Below, one piece after another: positions 1 to 11,514 of a DNA stretch of 32,000 bases; positions within the stretch are counted from its first letter, which is position 1, and each line of letters starts with the position of its first letter. Made by a program: the position numbers and the translations under genes. The DNA comes from Limnobacter sp. Lineage in GTDB: Bacteria; Pseudomonadota; Gammaproteobacteria; Burkholderiales; Burkholderiaceae_B. The notes beneath the pieces were generated by a model. The model was not told the DNA's origin, did not search any database, and saw nothing but the letters and a program-made list of their open reading frames with translations. The DNA is taken from contig CAXRAE010000008.1 of assembly GCA_964229025.1 (NCBI GenBank), forward strand, positions 146,094 through 178,093. Direction: 5' to 3'.

Positions 1-1801
1 CAACGGTCACGTGTTTTTGGTGTTCAGCCAGTTTGGTTGAGCTGAAAGTGGACATGCCTTTTAACCAATCTGGCAGTTTGTGTTTGATGATGGTTTCTGG
101 CCGAATGCGATACAGCTTTTTGGTTTCTACGCGGTCGGTGATGGCCACGTTTTCAAACGCCAAGCCATCGCACCCAGCATAGTTGTTGCGTGTTCGCTCC
201 AGCATGTCGGGCAGGGGTTCAACCAACACACCTTGCCATCCAAATTGCTTCACAAAGGGGTGGATCGGGTCGTAGCTCACGCCATCCATGGCGCCCACCT
301 GCAAAAATTTGACAGGCTGTTTTTGTTGGCTGATGGCCAAAAATGCATCATTTGGTCCGCTGTAAGGCTGCTGGCCATGCCGCTGCTGCAGTTCACGTTT
401 GTAGTCTGCATACACGCCGGCTGCCTGCTTTTGGTTGGTGACCACCCAAGTCAGTGCAGCTTCGCCATGGTTGACATCCATCAATGCGGTGGGTGCGGTG
501 CTGGCGAATCGGGTGCCCCACTTGTGCTTGATGGACTCATGATGACAGGCGCTCAGGGCGATTTGATCCAAAAACCAAAGGGCCTTGCCCTTGTTCAGGT
601 TGTCTTCGATCATGGCCACAGCCTGAGCAATGTAGCGTTTGGCAGCTGGGGTGTTGTTGAGGTAAACAAAACCGGCGGCCACATGCTCCCAAAAAGGCGC
701 AGCAGGAGGTTGGCAAACCATCACATCATTCTCTTGAGCCATGCTGCCCACTGTGTCTTGCCACGGTTTTCGCCAGAGCGCATCGGCATCCATCAACACC
801 ACGGGCGCATTTAAATGCTGAAGCATGGCTTGGGCCACGGCAAATCGTCGGCAGGCAAAGGCCACAATCTTGGTGGGCGCTTTTAAATCAATATGTTCTT
901 GGGTGGCACTGATTTGAAGGGCAGGAAATTGCTTGGCCAGTGTTTGAACATGGGCAAGCACGCTGGCGTTGGGTGTGTACAAGTGAAGATGCAAATACAC
1001 TGCATGGGCGTTGGTTTCGGCCAGTGAATACACATGGGCCAAGGCGTGTTCGAAAAAATACTTGTTGTCGCAGGCCACCACCACAGTGGGTTTGGGCTCA
1101 CGCGCAAGGTCTGCTTCGATTACCCAGGTGTAGGGAACAACGACCGTGGTTTGTGCTGGCTCGCTGGCCAGGCTAGCAAAATTCACGGGCTCGTCGGGCA
1201 AGGCCCCCAATTTGTACATGCAGGCCATGCTCATCAGTTTGATAAGCGAGTTGTTTTGGTGGGCGCCAGAGTCTACAAGTTTCAGCAGGTAGGGCAGGGC
1301 CTCTTCATAACGGTCTTCCATGGTGTACACCATGGCTGCAATTTGCTGCAGGTGGGGTGAGGTGTCTACCACTTTGGGGTTTGTGCGCACCAGCGCCATG
1401 GCCTCGTCTACTTCGCCAACTCGGTAAAGAATTTGAATGGCATTCATCAGGTATTTGGGGTTGGGCACGGCTTTTAATACCCTCATCAGGCCATCGCGAA
1501 TGCCTTTGCTAAACGCCGGGGGCAGGGTGGTTTGTACGCCCAGGCGGTGTTTGTCCATGCACAAATGTGATTGTGCAATCAACAGCACCATTTGCCGAAG
1601 GGCGAGGTCTTTTGCCGGGGGTAAGCCAGTTTTTAAGCCGTGCAGTGTTTCTGCCGCCAATATGGGGTCGCACGCTTTGGCATCGATGAGCGAAATGAGG
1701 GCTTCTTTGGGGGTTTGACCAATTTCGTCGAAAAAATAGGTTTGCACCAGGCTGTCGCGATAGTACTGGTGCATGGCTTTGCTTCGCCTGAACTCCGTCA
1801 T
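1..1801 (-). CDS. Multidomain protein, truncated by the window edge: helical/TPR-like N-terminus, GT8-like glycosyltransferase-like middle, FkbM-type methyltransferase C-terminal part
   Basis: Absent from the ORF track because it runs off the window edge. Reverse-strand translation from ATG 1801-1799 (AGGAG 8 nt upstream) is stop-free to position 1 (MTEFRRSKAMHQYYRDSLVQTYFFDEIGQTPKEAL...). I checked the frame at three places (positions 1-10, about 780-810, about 1067-1084). The middle has PTVVVACDNKYFFEHAL and VVLMDADALW (GT8-like, DxD). The end has FLQVGAMDGVSYDPIHPFVKQFGWQGVLVEPLPDMLERTRNNY..FENVAI, typical of FkbM-family methyltransferases. Confidence 0.6.
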   Translation of the reverse strand, partial: MTEFRRSKAMHQYYRDSLVQTYFFDEIGQTPKEALISLIDAKACDPILAAETLHGLKTGLPPAKDLALRQMVLLIAQSHLCMDKHRLGVQTTLPPAFSKGIRDGLMRVLKAVPNPKYLMNAIQILYRVGEVDEAMALVRTNPKVVDTSPHLQQIAAMVYTMEDRYEEALPYLLKLVDSGAHQNNSLIKLMSMACMYKLGALPDEPVNFASLASEPAQTTVVVPYTWVIEADLAREPKPTVVVACDNKYFFEHALAHVYSLAETNAHAVYLHLHLYTPNASVLAHVQTLAKQFPALQISATQEHIDLKAPTKIVAFACRRFAVAQAMLQHLNAPVVLMDADALWRKPWQDTVGSMAQENDVMVCQPPAAPFWEHVAAGFVYLNNTPAAKRYIAQAVAMIEDNLNKGKALWFLDQIALSACHHESIKHKWGTRFASTAPTALMDVNHGEAALTWVVTNQKQAAGVYADYKRELQQRHGQQPYSGPNDAFLAISQQKQPVKFLQVGAMDGVSYDPIHPFVKQFGWQGVLVEPLPDMLERTRNNYAGCDGLAFENVAITDRVETKKLYRIRPETIIKHKLPDWLKGMSTFSSTKLAEHQKHVTV

Positions 1802-2014
1802 GGGTGGGCTCCTGTCTCCCCTGGGTATTCGGAGAGATTAAGGGCAGGGCTTGCCTTTGAATCATTCGATTAAAGGGTAAATGTACGCCCAAAACGAGCC
1901 ATGGGCGAATGGAGTCCCTGCGCATCCTGAAACCGGATTTTGTTAATCAGCCCGCCCTGAAGCACATTCTGCTACAGTTCAGACCAATCTGAAGCAATGG
2001 TGGGTGGGCTGTAC

Positions 2015-3463
2015 ATGCAGGTGTTGTGGTTCAAACGTGATCTTCGCTTGACTGATCACATGCCTTTGTTCGAGGCCTTGCGCAATCGAAAGGTTGGTGG
2101 CCTGACCATGCCGCTGTACATCCATGAGCCCTCGCTGATTGCCGATCCGTTTTGCGCGCGCCAGCACCAGTGTTTTGTTCATGAATGTTTGAACGAGTTG
2201 GGCCGTCAACTGGAGCAGCTTGGCGGGTTTTTGTATCAGCAAATTGGTGAAGCTGTGCAGGTGTTCGATGCATTGCATCGGCAACATGGGCTGACCGCCA
2301 TTTGGGCGCACCGGGAAACCACCCAGAAAAGCCACCACGCCCGCGACAAAGCTGTTCGCCTGTGGGCCAGGCAAAACGGGGTCGAGTTCCACGAACTGCC
2401 CCAGAACAACGTGATTCGCGGCAGCGAACCACAGCATGCCAAACTCAGCTCTCAGGCCTACTTTGATGCGGCGGTTCAACAGCCGATCAAGAACCCCACT
2501 GGTAAGGATTTATCAGCCTACTTCTTCAAACAAAACCACGCTGTATTTAGCGCCGATCACGTTCCCAAGGCGCAGGGCGAGGACAAGCTGTTGCGGCCCA
2601 AGGGTGGTCGTTCGCAGGCGCGTGAACTGGCGGCGCGGTTTTTCACACAGCCTCGAATCAAGGCATATCCATATTCCATTTCCAGCCCAAACAAGGCGTG
2701 GGAAGGGTGTAGCAGGCTGTCGGCTTATTTGGCGTATGGCGTGGTGTCTGATCGCGAAGTGATGCAGCGTTTGAATGATTTGGTCAACCGCACCCACCAA
2801 CATGCTTCGCCTTCGGAAATTGAACAAGTGGAGTCGGCTTCGCGCTTCTTTCTTGATCGCTTGCAGTGGCGGCAAGGTTTTTTGCAGCAGTTCGAATATT
2901 GCCCTGATTTGGAAGACACGGAATTGATTCCCGCGTTCAAAGGGGTGCGTCAAGCCACGTTCAACGTCGAACATTTTGAGGCGTGGCGGCAGGGGCGAAC
3001 CGGTGTGCCCATTGTCGATGCCATTCAGCGTTGTTTGAATGATTGCGGCTGGGTGAACATGCGCTCGCGAGCCATGCTTGTTTCCTATGCGTGCATGCAT
3101 TTGTGGTTGCCGTGGGAGCAGGTCATGCTGCACTTGGCCCACCAGTTTGTTGATTTCGACATGGCCATACACGCAGGCCAACACCGCATTGCAAGTGGCA
3201 CTTCGCATTTCCAGCAGCTGATGATTTACAACCCTTTGAAGAACGCGTTGAAGCTAGACCCGAAAGGCGAGTTTGTTGCCCGTTGGGTGCCTGAGTTGGC
3301 GGGTTTACCCCCTGAGCACATTCACACACCGTGGTTGTTGGGTGCCCAGGAGCAGCGGCGGTTTGATTGTGTGCCGGGGCAAACCTACCCGTTGCCCTTG
3401 GTTGACAATGACAAAGCCCTGGCCCAGGCCAAGGCCCGTGTGCATGCGCTACGCAGCGCTTGA
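2015..3463 (+). CDS. Cryptochrome/photolyase-family FAD-binding protein (divergent clade)
   Basis: The track ORF is 1997-3463. A start at ATG 2015 gives MQVLWFKRDLRLTDHMPL, the usual photolyase N-terminus. The C-terminal FAD-binding region reads TGVPIVDAIQRCLNDCGWVNMRSRAMLVSY ... GEFVARWVPEL. The segment aligned to the canonical DxDxAxNxGxWQW reads DFDMAIHAGQHRI. Confidence 0.8.
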   Translation: MQVLWFKRDLRLTDHMPLFEALRNRKVGGLTMPLYIHEPSLIADPFCARQHQCFVHECLNELGRQLEQLGGFLYQQIGEAVQVFDALHRQHGLTAIWAHRETTQKSHHARDKAVRLWARQNGVEFHELPQNNVIRGSEPQHAKLSSQAYFDAAVQQPIKNPTGKDLSAYFFKQNHAVFSADHVPKAQGEDKLLRPKGGRSQARELAARFFTQPRIKAYPYSISSPNKAWEGCSRLSAYLAYGVVSDREVMQRLNDLVNRTHQHASPSEIEQVESASRFFLDRLQWRQGFLQQFEYCPDLEDTELIPAFKGVRQATFNVEHFEAWRQGRTGVPIVDAIQRCLNDCGWVNMRSRAMLVSYACMHLWLPWEQVMLHLAHQFVDFDMAIHAGQHRIASGTSHFQQLMIYNPLKNALKLDPKGEFVARWVPELAGLPPEHIHTPWLLGAQEQRRFDCVPGQTYPLPLVDNDKALAQAKARVHALRSA

Positions 3464-3477
3464 TCGGCACCGGTTCA

Positions 3478-5106
3478 CTACAAGCTTTGCTCGAAATGGT
3501 GCACCAGTTTTCGAAGTTCCTGTGAGGTGCCCGCCAGGGTTTTGGACGAGTCGTCCAGGTTGGTGATCCCCAGCAAATTGCTCTCAGTCAGGGCGCTCAT
3601 GCGTTCCATGCTGTTGGCAACTTCCAGCGACGCTTGCGATTGCTGTTCCAGCATGGCGGAAATATCGCTGGCCGATTGCGCAACTCCTTTGCTTGATTCG
3701 CGAATTTCGCTCAGTTTTGCATTGGCTTGCTGAATCAGGCTGGTACCGGTTTGGACCTTGCTACTGGCCAGTTCCATGATTTCAAGAGCGCCACGCGTGC
3801 CTTCTTGCACTTGGCCCACGGTGTCGCAAATCTCTCTGGTGGAGATTCTTGTCATTTCGGCAAGTTTGCGAACCTCGTCAGCCACAACGGCAAAGCCACG
3901 CCCATATTCCCCGGCCCGCGCGGCTTCAATCGCCGCATTCAAGGCCAACAGGTTGGTTTTTTCGGCAATGCTGGTGATGGTGCTGGTGACGGAATCGATT
4001 TTCGACACCGCCTGGCTAAGTTGGGTCATGCTGGCGCGGGCCACTTCGACCACTTCCGATACTTCTTGAGTGGCGGCGGTCGATCGAATCATGGCTTGGG
4101 CGCCTTCGTCAACCACTTGCATGGCGCGGTTGGCGTGCCCGGTGCTTTTGTTGGTGGCTTCTGTGATTTCAGACACCGACACTGACAATTCTTCGAGCGC
4201 TGCCGCCACACTGTTGATGCCGTCGGTTTGTTGCACAGAACGGTTCATCAGGTCACCCGCCAGTTCTGTCAGGCTGTGCGCATCGTCTTTCACGCGGGTT
4301 GAGCTTGAAATGACATCGGCAATGATGGCGCGAAGGTTCACCTGCATGTTTCTGAAGCCGATCAATATACTGCCAAATTCCCGATTACTCGAGTGTGGCA
4401 CTTGGTGTTTGAAGTTGCCCTCGGCCAGTGAAACCATCACCTGGCTGATGGTGCGCACCTCTTTGTGTATCAGCTTGTTGATCCACACGAACCCGCCCAC
4501 AGCAAGTGCAACAGTGGCGGCACTCAAGGCGTAGGCGGTTGGGCCTTGGGTGAAGTGTGTGCCCAAAGCCAAAGTGGTGGGTAACAGGCTGGCCACAGCA
4601 AAATCAACCGCCAGTGGCCTGCCGCGCGCAATCGTGGTGCAGGGGAAACTGGCGGTGCCCTTGTTCACCGCCGTGTACAGGGCTTGCGCCTCGCTTTTCT
4701 GCTTGTCAGTGGGCATCGACCTTACAGACATGTAACCCACTTTTTTGCCGTTTTCGGTCAGTGGGGTGACGTAAGCGTCCACCCAGTAAAAGCCGCCATC
4801 TTTGCAGCGATTTTTCACCAGGCCGCGCCATGGCTGACCTTGCTTCACAATATCCCAAAGGTCTTTGAAGGCCTCTGGTGGCATGTCGGGGTGGCGAACC
4901 ACGTTGTGGGGCTGGCCTATCAGTTCAGATTCGCTGTAGCCGGAAATTTCGCAAAAGGCGCGGTTTGCATAGGTGATTTTCCCTTTCAGATCAGTCTTGG
5001 TGACGATGGGGAATTTTGGGTCGAGTATCCGCTCGTGGTCGGTTGTGTGAACGGCCATCCTGGCTTTCTTGCCCCGTGGGGTGTCGTTCTGTTCAATGTG
5101 ACTCAT
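3478..5106 (-). CDS. aer: PAS-domain methyl-accepting chemotaxis protein (Aer-like energy/aerotaxis receptor)
   Basis: Aer-type PAS block: [78 protein letters not shown]. This is followed by a two-helix hydrophobic hairpin, a HAMP-like segment and the conserved MCP signalling domain ([36 protein letters not shown]). The track start at 5241 is unlikely because the hupB terminator hairpin lies at 5222-5257. ATG 5106 (MSHIEQ) or 5058 (MAVHTT) is more plausible. Confidence 0.85.
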   Translation of the reverse strand: MSHIEQNDTPRGKKARMAVHTTDHERILDPKFPIVTKTDLKGKITYANRAFCEISGYSESELIGQPHNVVRHPDMPPEAFKDLWDIVKQGQPWRGLVKNRCKDGGFYWVDAYVTPLTENGKKVGYMSVRSMPTDKQKSEAQALYTAVNKGTASFPCTTIARGRPLAVDFAVASLLPTTLALGTHFTQGPTAYALSAATVALAVGGFVWINKLIHKEVRTISQVMVSLAEGNFKHQVPHSSNREFGSILIGFRNMQVNLRAIIADVISSSTRVKDDAHSLTELAGDLMNRSVQQTDGINSVAAALEELSVSVSEITEATNKSTGHANRAMQVVDEGAQAMIRSTAATQEVSEVVEVARASMTQLSQAVSKIDSVTSTITSIAEKTNLLALNAAIEAARAGEYGRGFAVVADEVRKLAEMTRISTREICDTVGQVQEGTRGALEIMELASSKVQTGTSLIQQANAKLSEIRESSKGVAQSASDISAMLEQQSQASLEVANSMERMSALTESNLLGITNLDDSSKTLAGTSQELRKLVHHFEQSL

Positions 5107-5221
5107 TGTTGCCCCGCTCGCTGGTGGTGTTGCTGTGATGAAAGCAGTGTAGGCAGGCCGGGCATGGGAGGCGTTGATATAGATCAACTCATTGCAAGTT
5201 TTCCTCGGGGCAGAAATGAAA

Positions 5222-5257
5222 CAGACCCGCTGTGTCGTCATCGACTCAGCGGGTCTG
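5222..5257 (-). terminator. Rho-independent terminator candidate downstream of hupB
   Basis: Perfect 11-bp inverted repeat cagacccgctg (5222-5232) / cagcgggtctg (5247-5257) with a 14-nt loop. On the minus strand it is followed by TTTCATTTCTG. It sits 26 nt below the HU stop codon. Confidence 0.6.
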
Positions 5258-5282
5258 CGAAAAGGCGCTGTTTGTTCAGTGC

Positions 5283-5579
5283 TTACTTTTTCTTCTTGGC
5301 TTTCTTCTCGTTCAGGGCGTCTTTCAGTGCCTTGCCAGCAGTGAATTTGCCTGTGCGTGCGGCGGCGATCTTGATTTCTTCGCCAGTGCGTGGGTTACGG
5401 CCTGTGCGTGCAGCGCGCTCGCCTGAGCTGAATGTACCGAAACCAACCAAAGTAACGGAGTCGCCGTCTACCATGGCCTTGGTTACAGATTCCGTGAATG
5501 CTTCCAGCATGCGGCCAGCGGCTGCCTTGGAAACATCTGACTTTTCAGCGATCGCGTCAATCAATTCAGATTTGTTCAT
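5283..5579 (-). CDS. hupB: HU-family nucleoid-associated DNA-binding protein with a short Lys-rich C-terminal tail
   Basis: [90 protein letters not shown] is a full-length HU/IHF fold with the RNPxTGE arm. An extra tail, EKKAKKKK, follows. Confidence 0.95.
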   Translation of the reverse strand: MNKSELIDAIAEKSDVSKAAAGRMLEAFTESVTKAMVDGDSVTLVGFGTFSSGERAARTGRNPRTGEEIKIAAARTGKFTAGKALKDALNEKKAKKKK

Positions 5580-5899
5580 GTCATTCCTTTTGTTATCAAA
5601 TATGTTGGTAAGTTACCAGGAAACAAATTGCTTAAGAGGCCCTGCACATGCCGAGTTCGTGACCAATCACGCCCGCTTTGGATCAGGGCAACTCGAACCA
5701 TAGCATCGAACAGGGGCTTGCTGCACAACAAAATACGCTCGAATGTGCTTCTTTGATACAGAAAATCATGGCTTGGGGGGTAAATCATCGAGTTCAAGCG
5801 TTTTGTTGCCTTTCGACCACGCCGATTGGAGTGGCTGCAGCCATGGCATAAAATGTGGAATTGATCCGAAAAACAGATCCACACAAGGCACGCCCCACC

Positions 5900-7528
5900 A
5901 TGATTCGCCTCTCCGAGCTGAAGCTTCCACTCGACCATTCTGACCAGGCATTGCCAGATTTGATCGTATCCACCTTGGGCATTGCGGCCCATGAGTTGAA
6001 ACACCACACCCTTTACAAGCGCAGTTACGATGCCCGCAAAAAGAAACTGCTGCTGGTGTACATCGTGGACGTGGCCTTGACCAGTGGCCACCTGGAGGCG
6101 AAGTTGCTGGCAAAGTTTCACACCAATCCGCACATAAGGCCCACTCCTGATCAAAATTATTATCCGGTTGTGAAGCTCAATGAAGCCCCGGCCGTGCGCC
6201 CTGTGGTGGTGGGTTTTGGCCCCTGCGGTATTTTTGCAGCGCTTGTTTTGGCGCAGATGGGATTCAAACCCATTGTTCTGGAGCGCGGCAAACCGGTGCG
6301 TGAACGCACCAAGGACACCTGGGGCCTGTGGCGCAAGAAAGTGTTGCACACCGAATCGAATGTGCAGTTTGGCGAAGGTGGGGCCGGCACGTTTTCCGAT
6401 GGCAAGCTATACAGCCAAATCAAAGACCCGCGTTTTCTGGGTCGAAAAGTGATGACCGAGTTTGTGAAGGCGGGTGCCCCTGAAGAAATCCTGGTGGTCA
6501 ACAAGCCACACATTGGCACATTCCGCTTGGTGAAAGTCGTTGAAAACATGCGTGAACAAATCATCGCCATGGGCGGGGAAATTCGTTTTCAGCAACGTGT
6601 CACCGACGTGCACATTGAAAACGGGCGCCTGCGTGGCTTGACCGTGCTGAACCAGCAAGACAACACATCCTATGAATTGCGTGCTGACCATGTGGTCATG
6701 GCTTTGGGGCACAGCTCCCGAGACACTTTTGCCATGTTGCACCAGCGGGGTGTTTACATGGAGGCCAAACCGTTCTCGGTGGGTTTCCGCATTGAGCACC
6801 CGCAAGGCGTGATCGACCGTGCGCGCTTGGGGCAGCATGCGGGCCACCCTTTGCTGGGCGCTGCCGATTACAAACTGGTTCATCACGCCAGCAACGGGCG
6901 CTCGGTGTACAGCTTTTGCATGTGCCCCGGTGGCACAGTGGTTGCGGCCACCTCCGAGGAAAACAGGGTGGTCACCAACGGCATGAGCCAGTATTCACGC
7001 AACGAACGCAATGCCAACGCGGGCATTGTTGTGGGTATCACCCCTGCCGATTATCCGGGCGGTCCCTTGGCTGGTATTGATTTTCAGCGAAAGCTGGAAT
7101 CCAACGCCTTTTTGATGGGCGGTGGTACCTATGAAGCACCGGGGCAATTGGTGGGCGATTTCATTGCAGGCCGGGCGTCCAGCGAATTGGGTGGTGTGGA
7201 ACCTTCGTACAAACCCGGGGTCCATCTCACTGACCTTGCGGGTGCCTTGCCGGAATTTGCGATCACTGCGATGCGTGAAGCCCTGCCCGCATTTGGCAAG
7301 AAAATCAAAGGCTTCGACATGCACGATGCCGTGTTGACCGGGGTTGAAACGCGCACGTCGTCGCCTTTAAAAATCAGCCGTGGCGCAAACTACCAAAGTT
7401 TGAATGTGCAAGGTTTGTACCCGGCAGGCGAAGGCGCGAGCTACGCCGGTGGTATTTTGTCTGCTGGCGTGGATGGCATTGAAGTGGCCGAAGCCGTGGC
7501 CTTGGCCATGGGTAAGCAGGCCGCTTGA
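5900..7528 (+). CDS. NAD(P)/FAD-dependent oxidoreductase (COG2509-type uncharacterised FAD dehydrogenase)
   Basis: Dinucleotide-binding motif VVVGFGPCGIFAALVLAQMGFKPIVLERG, then FGEGGAGTFSDGKLY and C-terminal GLYPAGEGASYAGGILSAGVDG. I prefer ATG 5900 (MIRLSELKLPLDH) to the GTG at 5855 given by the track. Confidence 0.8.
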   Translation: MIRLSELKLPLDHSDQALPDLIVSTLGIAAHELKHHTLYKRSYDARKKKLLLVYIVDVALTSGHLEAKLLAKFHTNPHIRPTPDQNYYPVVKLNEAPAVRPVVVGFGPCGIFAALVLAQMGFKPIVLERGKPVRERTKDTWGLWRKKVLHTESNVQFGEGGAGTFSDGKLYSQIKDPRFLGRKVMTEFVKAGAPEEILVVNKPHIGTFRLVKVVENMREQIIAMGGEIRFQQRVTDVHIENGRLRGLTVLNQQDNTSYELRADHVVMALGHSSRDTFAMLHQRGVYMEAKPFSVGFRIEHPQGVIDRARLGQHAGHPLLGAADYKLVHHASNGRSVYSFCMCPGGTVVAATSEENRVVTNGMSQYSRNERNANAGIVVGITPADYPGGPLAGIDFQRKLESNAFLMGGGTYEAPGQLVGDFIAGRASSELGGVEPSYKPGVHLTDLAGALPEFAITAMREALPAFGKKIKGFDMHDAVLTGVETRTSSPLKISRGANYQSLNVQGLYPAGEGASYAGGILSAGVDGIEVAEAVALAMGKQAA

Positions 7529-7651
7529 TAATCGGCAGCGCCTATAAGCAAAGTTGAAAAATCCGATTGGATGAATTCATCTTCAGGGCATACACTGATT
7601 TTTGAGTTGTTGTCTTGAACAATCGTAAACAGATAAAAAAAGGAGTGATGA

Positions 7652-9853
<2,202 letters not shown>

Positions 9854-9882
9854 ATCAGCGTAACCTGAGTTGATGTAAAAAA

Positions 9883-9909
9883 AGCGCTGTTCCCATTTGG
9901 GACAGCGCT
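9883..9909. terminator. Bidirectional rho-independent terminator between convergent katG and the TPR-like gene
   Basis: Hairpin agcgctgt(t)ccca / tgggacagcgct. It is flanked by an A7 run (9877-9883) and a T-run overlapping the last stem base (9909-9914), so it can terminate both strands. Confidence 0.8.
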
Positions 9910-9915
9910 TTTTTA

Positions 9916-10380
9916 TTAGGCCAGAGCGGCCTGTTTAACCGAACTGGGCGACTTCAAGGTCAGCTTCAAACCTTCACTCAGAAAGTGCTTGGCCAAGGCT
10001 TCATCGCCGAAGCAATAAGGCTTCACGGGTGCGCTTTCATACAGAAAGCCCAAATAAAGGTAGGCCGCACCGTCTTGCGGGTTTAAAGCAATTGCCTGTT
10101 CAAGCGCTGCCTTGGCCTCGTTCAGCAATTCAAGGCCGCACACGCCGCCAAGTTCGCGCCCATAGCCTGCGCTCACCACGCCGGCCCACATCTGGACGCG
10201 GGAATCAAATGGATAAACCGCACGCAATTCACCGGTGTTTTCAAACAGGCTGTGCAACAGCAGGTCTCGCTCACGCCCGGCGGGGGCACGCAGGGCCTGC
10301 GACCACTGGGATTGAATCAAATTAATCAGATGATTAGGTGCCTGTTTCAAGGCGGTTGTCGATGGTTTGACGCGTCTCAT
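9916..10380 (-). CDS. Hypothetical protein with a TPR-like helical repeat
   Basis: 154-aa ORF sharing the terminator with katG. The segment EAKAALEQAIALNPQDGAAYLYLGFLYE resembles a TPR unit. No other motif recognised. Confidence 0.55.
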   Translation of the reverse strand: MRRVKPSTTALKQAPNHLINLIQSQWSQALRAPAGRERDLLLHSLFENTGELRAVYPFDSRVQMWAGVVSAGYGRELGGVCGLELLNEAKAALEQAIALNPQDGAAYLYLGFLYESAPVKPYCFGDEALAKHFLSEGLKLTLKSPSSVKQAALA

Positions 10381-10500
10381 GGATGCACTCCTTTACTGCG
10401 CGGGTTGACTCGATTGTTAAGCTTTAACGCGAGAACCTCACTTTGGAATACAAAGGCCCGCTAATTTCTGCCTGTTGTCGATGGGCGCTTACCCGGGGCC

Positions 10501-11514
10501 TTACTGCAAACGCACCGCCAGGCCGCGCGGTGTGCTGGTTTGCTCAATTTCACGGACAAGTTCGCCGGTGGCGTAATTCAGCATCAGCAGTTTGTTTGCC
10601 AGCCCACAGGCCACAATCAAATGGGTGTCTTCAGGCGAGAACACGAAGCGCATGCATTGCTCCCCCACTGGCAATTCACGTTTCAGCATCGAGGTGTTGG
10701 AATCAAACACCTGTATTGCCTTGCCACGCACCAGTGCCACGACCAGTTCAGAGCCATCCTGGTTGTATGCAACTGCATAGGGCACCTCGCCCGTTAATAC
10801 CTCGCTCACCACTTTGTATTCATCATTCAGTATCAAGACCTTGTTGCTGTACTCCATGGCAAGGGCCAGGTGTTTGCCATCGGGCGATTGCACAACGCCG
10901 CGCGGGCGCACGCCGTGCTCACTCACATCGGTCTGCTGAGCAAGCTCGCCAGTGTTGAGGTCGTAGACAAACAGTTCATCGAAATCTTCATTGGTGGCAA
11001 CCAGGTGTTGACCATTGGCAGCAATGGCCATGTGGTGGGGTTCAATCGCCACATTGAAGGTGCGTTTTGTTTCACCTGCTGGCAAATCGATTACGCTGAT
11101 TTGCTTGGGTGCGTGGGCCACCACAGCGGTCATGCCGTGCACGTGAACCAGTTTGGGTTCGCTGCCCAACTGCACTTGGTGCACTGTTTGCTGTGTGCTT
11201 GTGTTCACGATGGCCAGTGCTCGGCCTTGTGCCATGGCCACAGCCAATAATGTGCCGTCTTCACTCAAAGCCAGGCTTTGTCCACCCTGGCTTGCTGGCA
11301 TGTCGCCCACGGCAATCTCACCCAGCTTGTTGAACTCAGCCAGTGCATACAGGCTCACCGGCCCGGTGTCATGGCCCACATACAAAAGCCCTGTGGGTGT
11401 GCTTTTTGCGCTGGGCGCCACGGTGTTTGATACTGAGCTGTCATCTTTGTTTGAGCAGGCCGAGAGCAACAGCGCGCTTGCTATAACCAGGATGCGCAGG
11501 ATGGACAAATTCAT
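10501..11514 (-). CDS. Lipoprotein, YVTN/YncE-like beta-propeller repeat protein
   Basis: Signal peptide plus lipobox: MNLSILRILVIASALLLSAC. It has repeated units of about 40 aa of the type P.G(V/L)A.SPDG..L.V.. (for example RPRGVVQSPDGKHLALAM, PYAVAYNQDGSELVVAL, FVFSPEDTHLIVAC). Confidence 0.8.
   Translation of the reverse strand: MNLSILRILVIASALLLSACSNKDDSSVSNTVAPSAKSTPTGLLYVGHDTGPVSLYALAEFNKLGEIAVGDMPASQGGQSLALSEDGTLLAVAMAQGRALAIVNTSTQQTVHQVQLGSEPKLVHVHGMTAVVAHAPKQISVIDLPAGETKRTFNVAIEPHHMAIAANGQHLVATNEDFDELFVYDLNTGELAQQTDVSEHGVRPRGVVQSPDGKHLALAMEYSNKVLILNDEYKVVSEVLTGEVPYAVAYNQDGSELVVALVRGKAIQVFDSNTSMLKRELPVGEQCMRFVFSPEDTHLIVACGLANKLLMLNYATGELVREIEQTSTPRGLAVRLQ

Noticed and set aside
80-1873. 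Plus-strand track ORFs 80-814, 940-1176, 1034-1360, 1437-1718 and 1640-1873
   Set aside because: They lie antisense to a continuous, motif-bearing reverse-strand ORF (1-1801). Their products are low-complexity and rich in His, Gly and Val with no motifs. They are typical shadow ORFs of GC-rich DNA.
4684-5703. 339-aa plus-strand ORF spanning the MCP N-terminus, the HU gene and the upstream region
   Set aside because: It is antisense to two genes with unmistakable homology (Aer-like PAS domain, HU). Its product has no recognisable domain.
5576-6349. 257-aa minus-strand ORF
   Set aside because: It overlaps the 5' part of the FAD oxidoreductase gene, whose Rossmann motif and downstream blocks are clear. 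It is an antisense shadow.
7529-7651. Search for an OxyR-type operator (ATAG-N7-CTAT repeats) upstream of katG
   Set aside because: I could not find a convincing four-element arrangement by eye. No call made.
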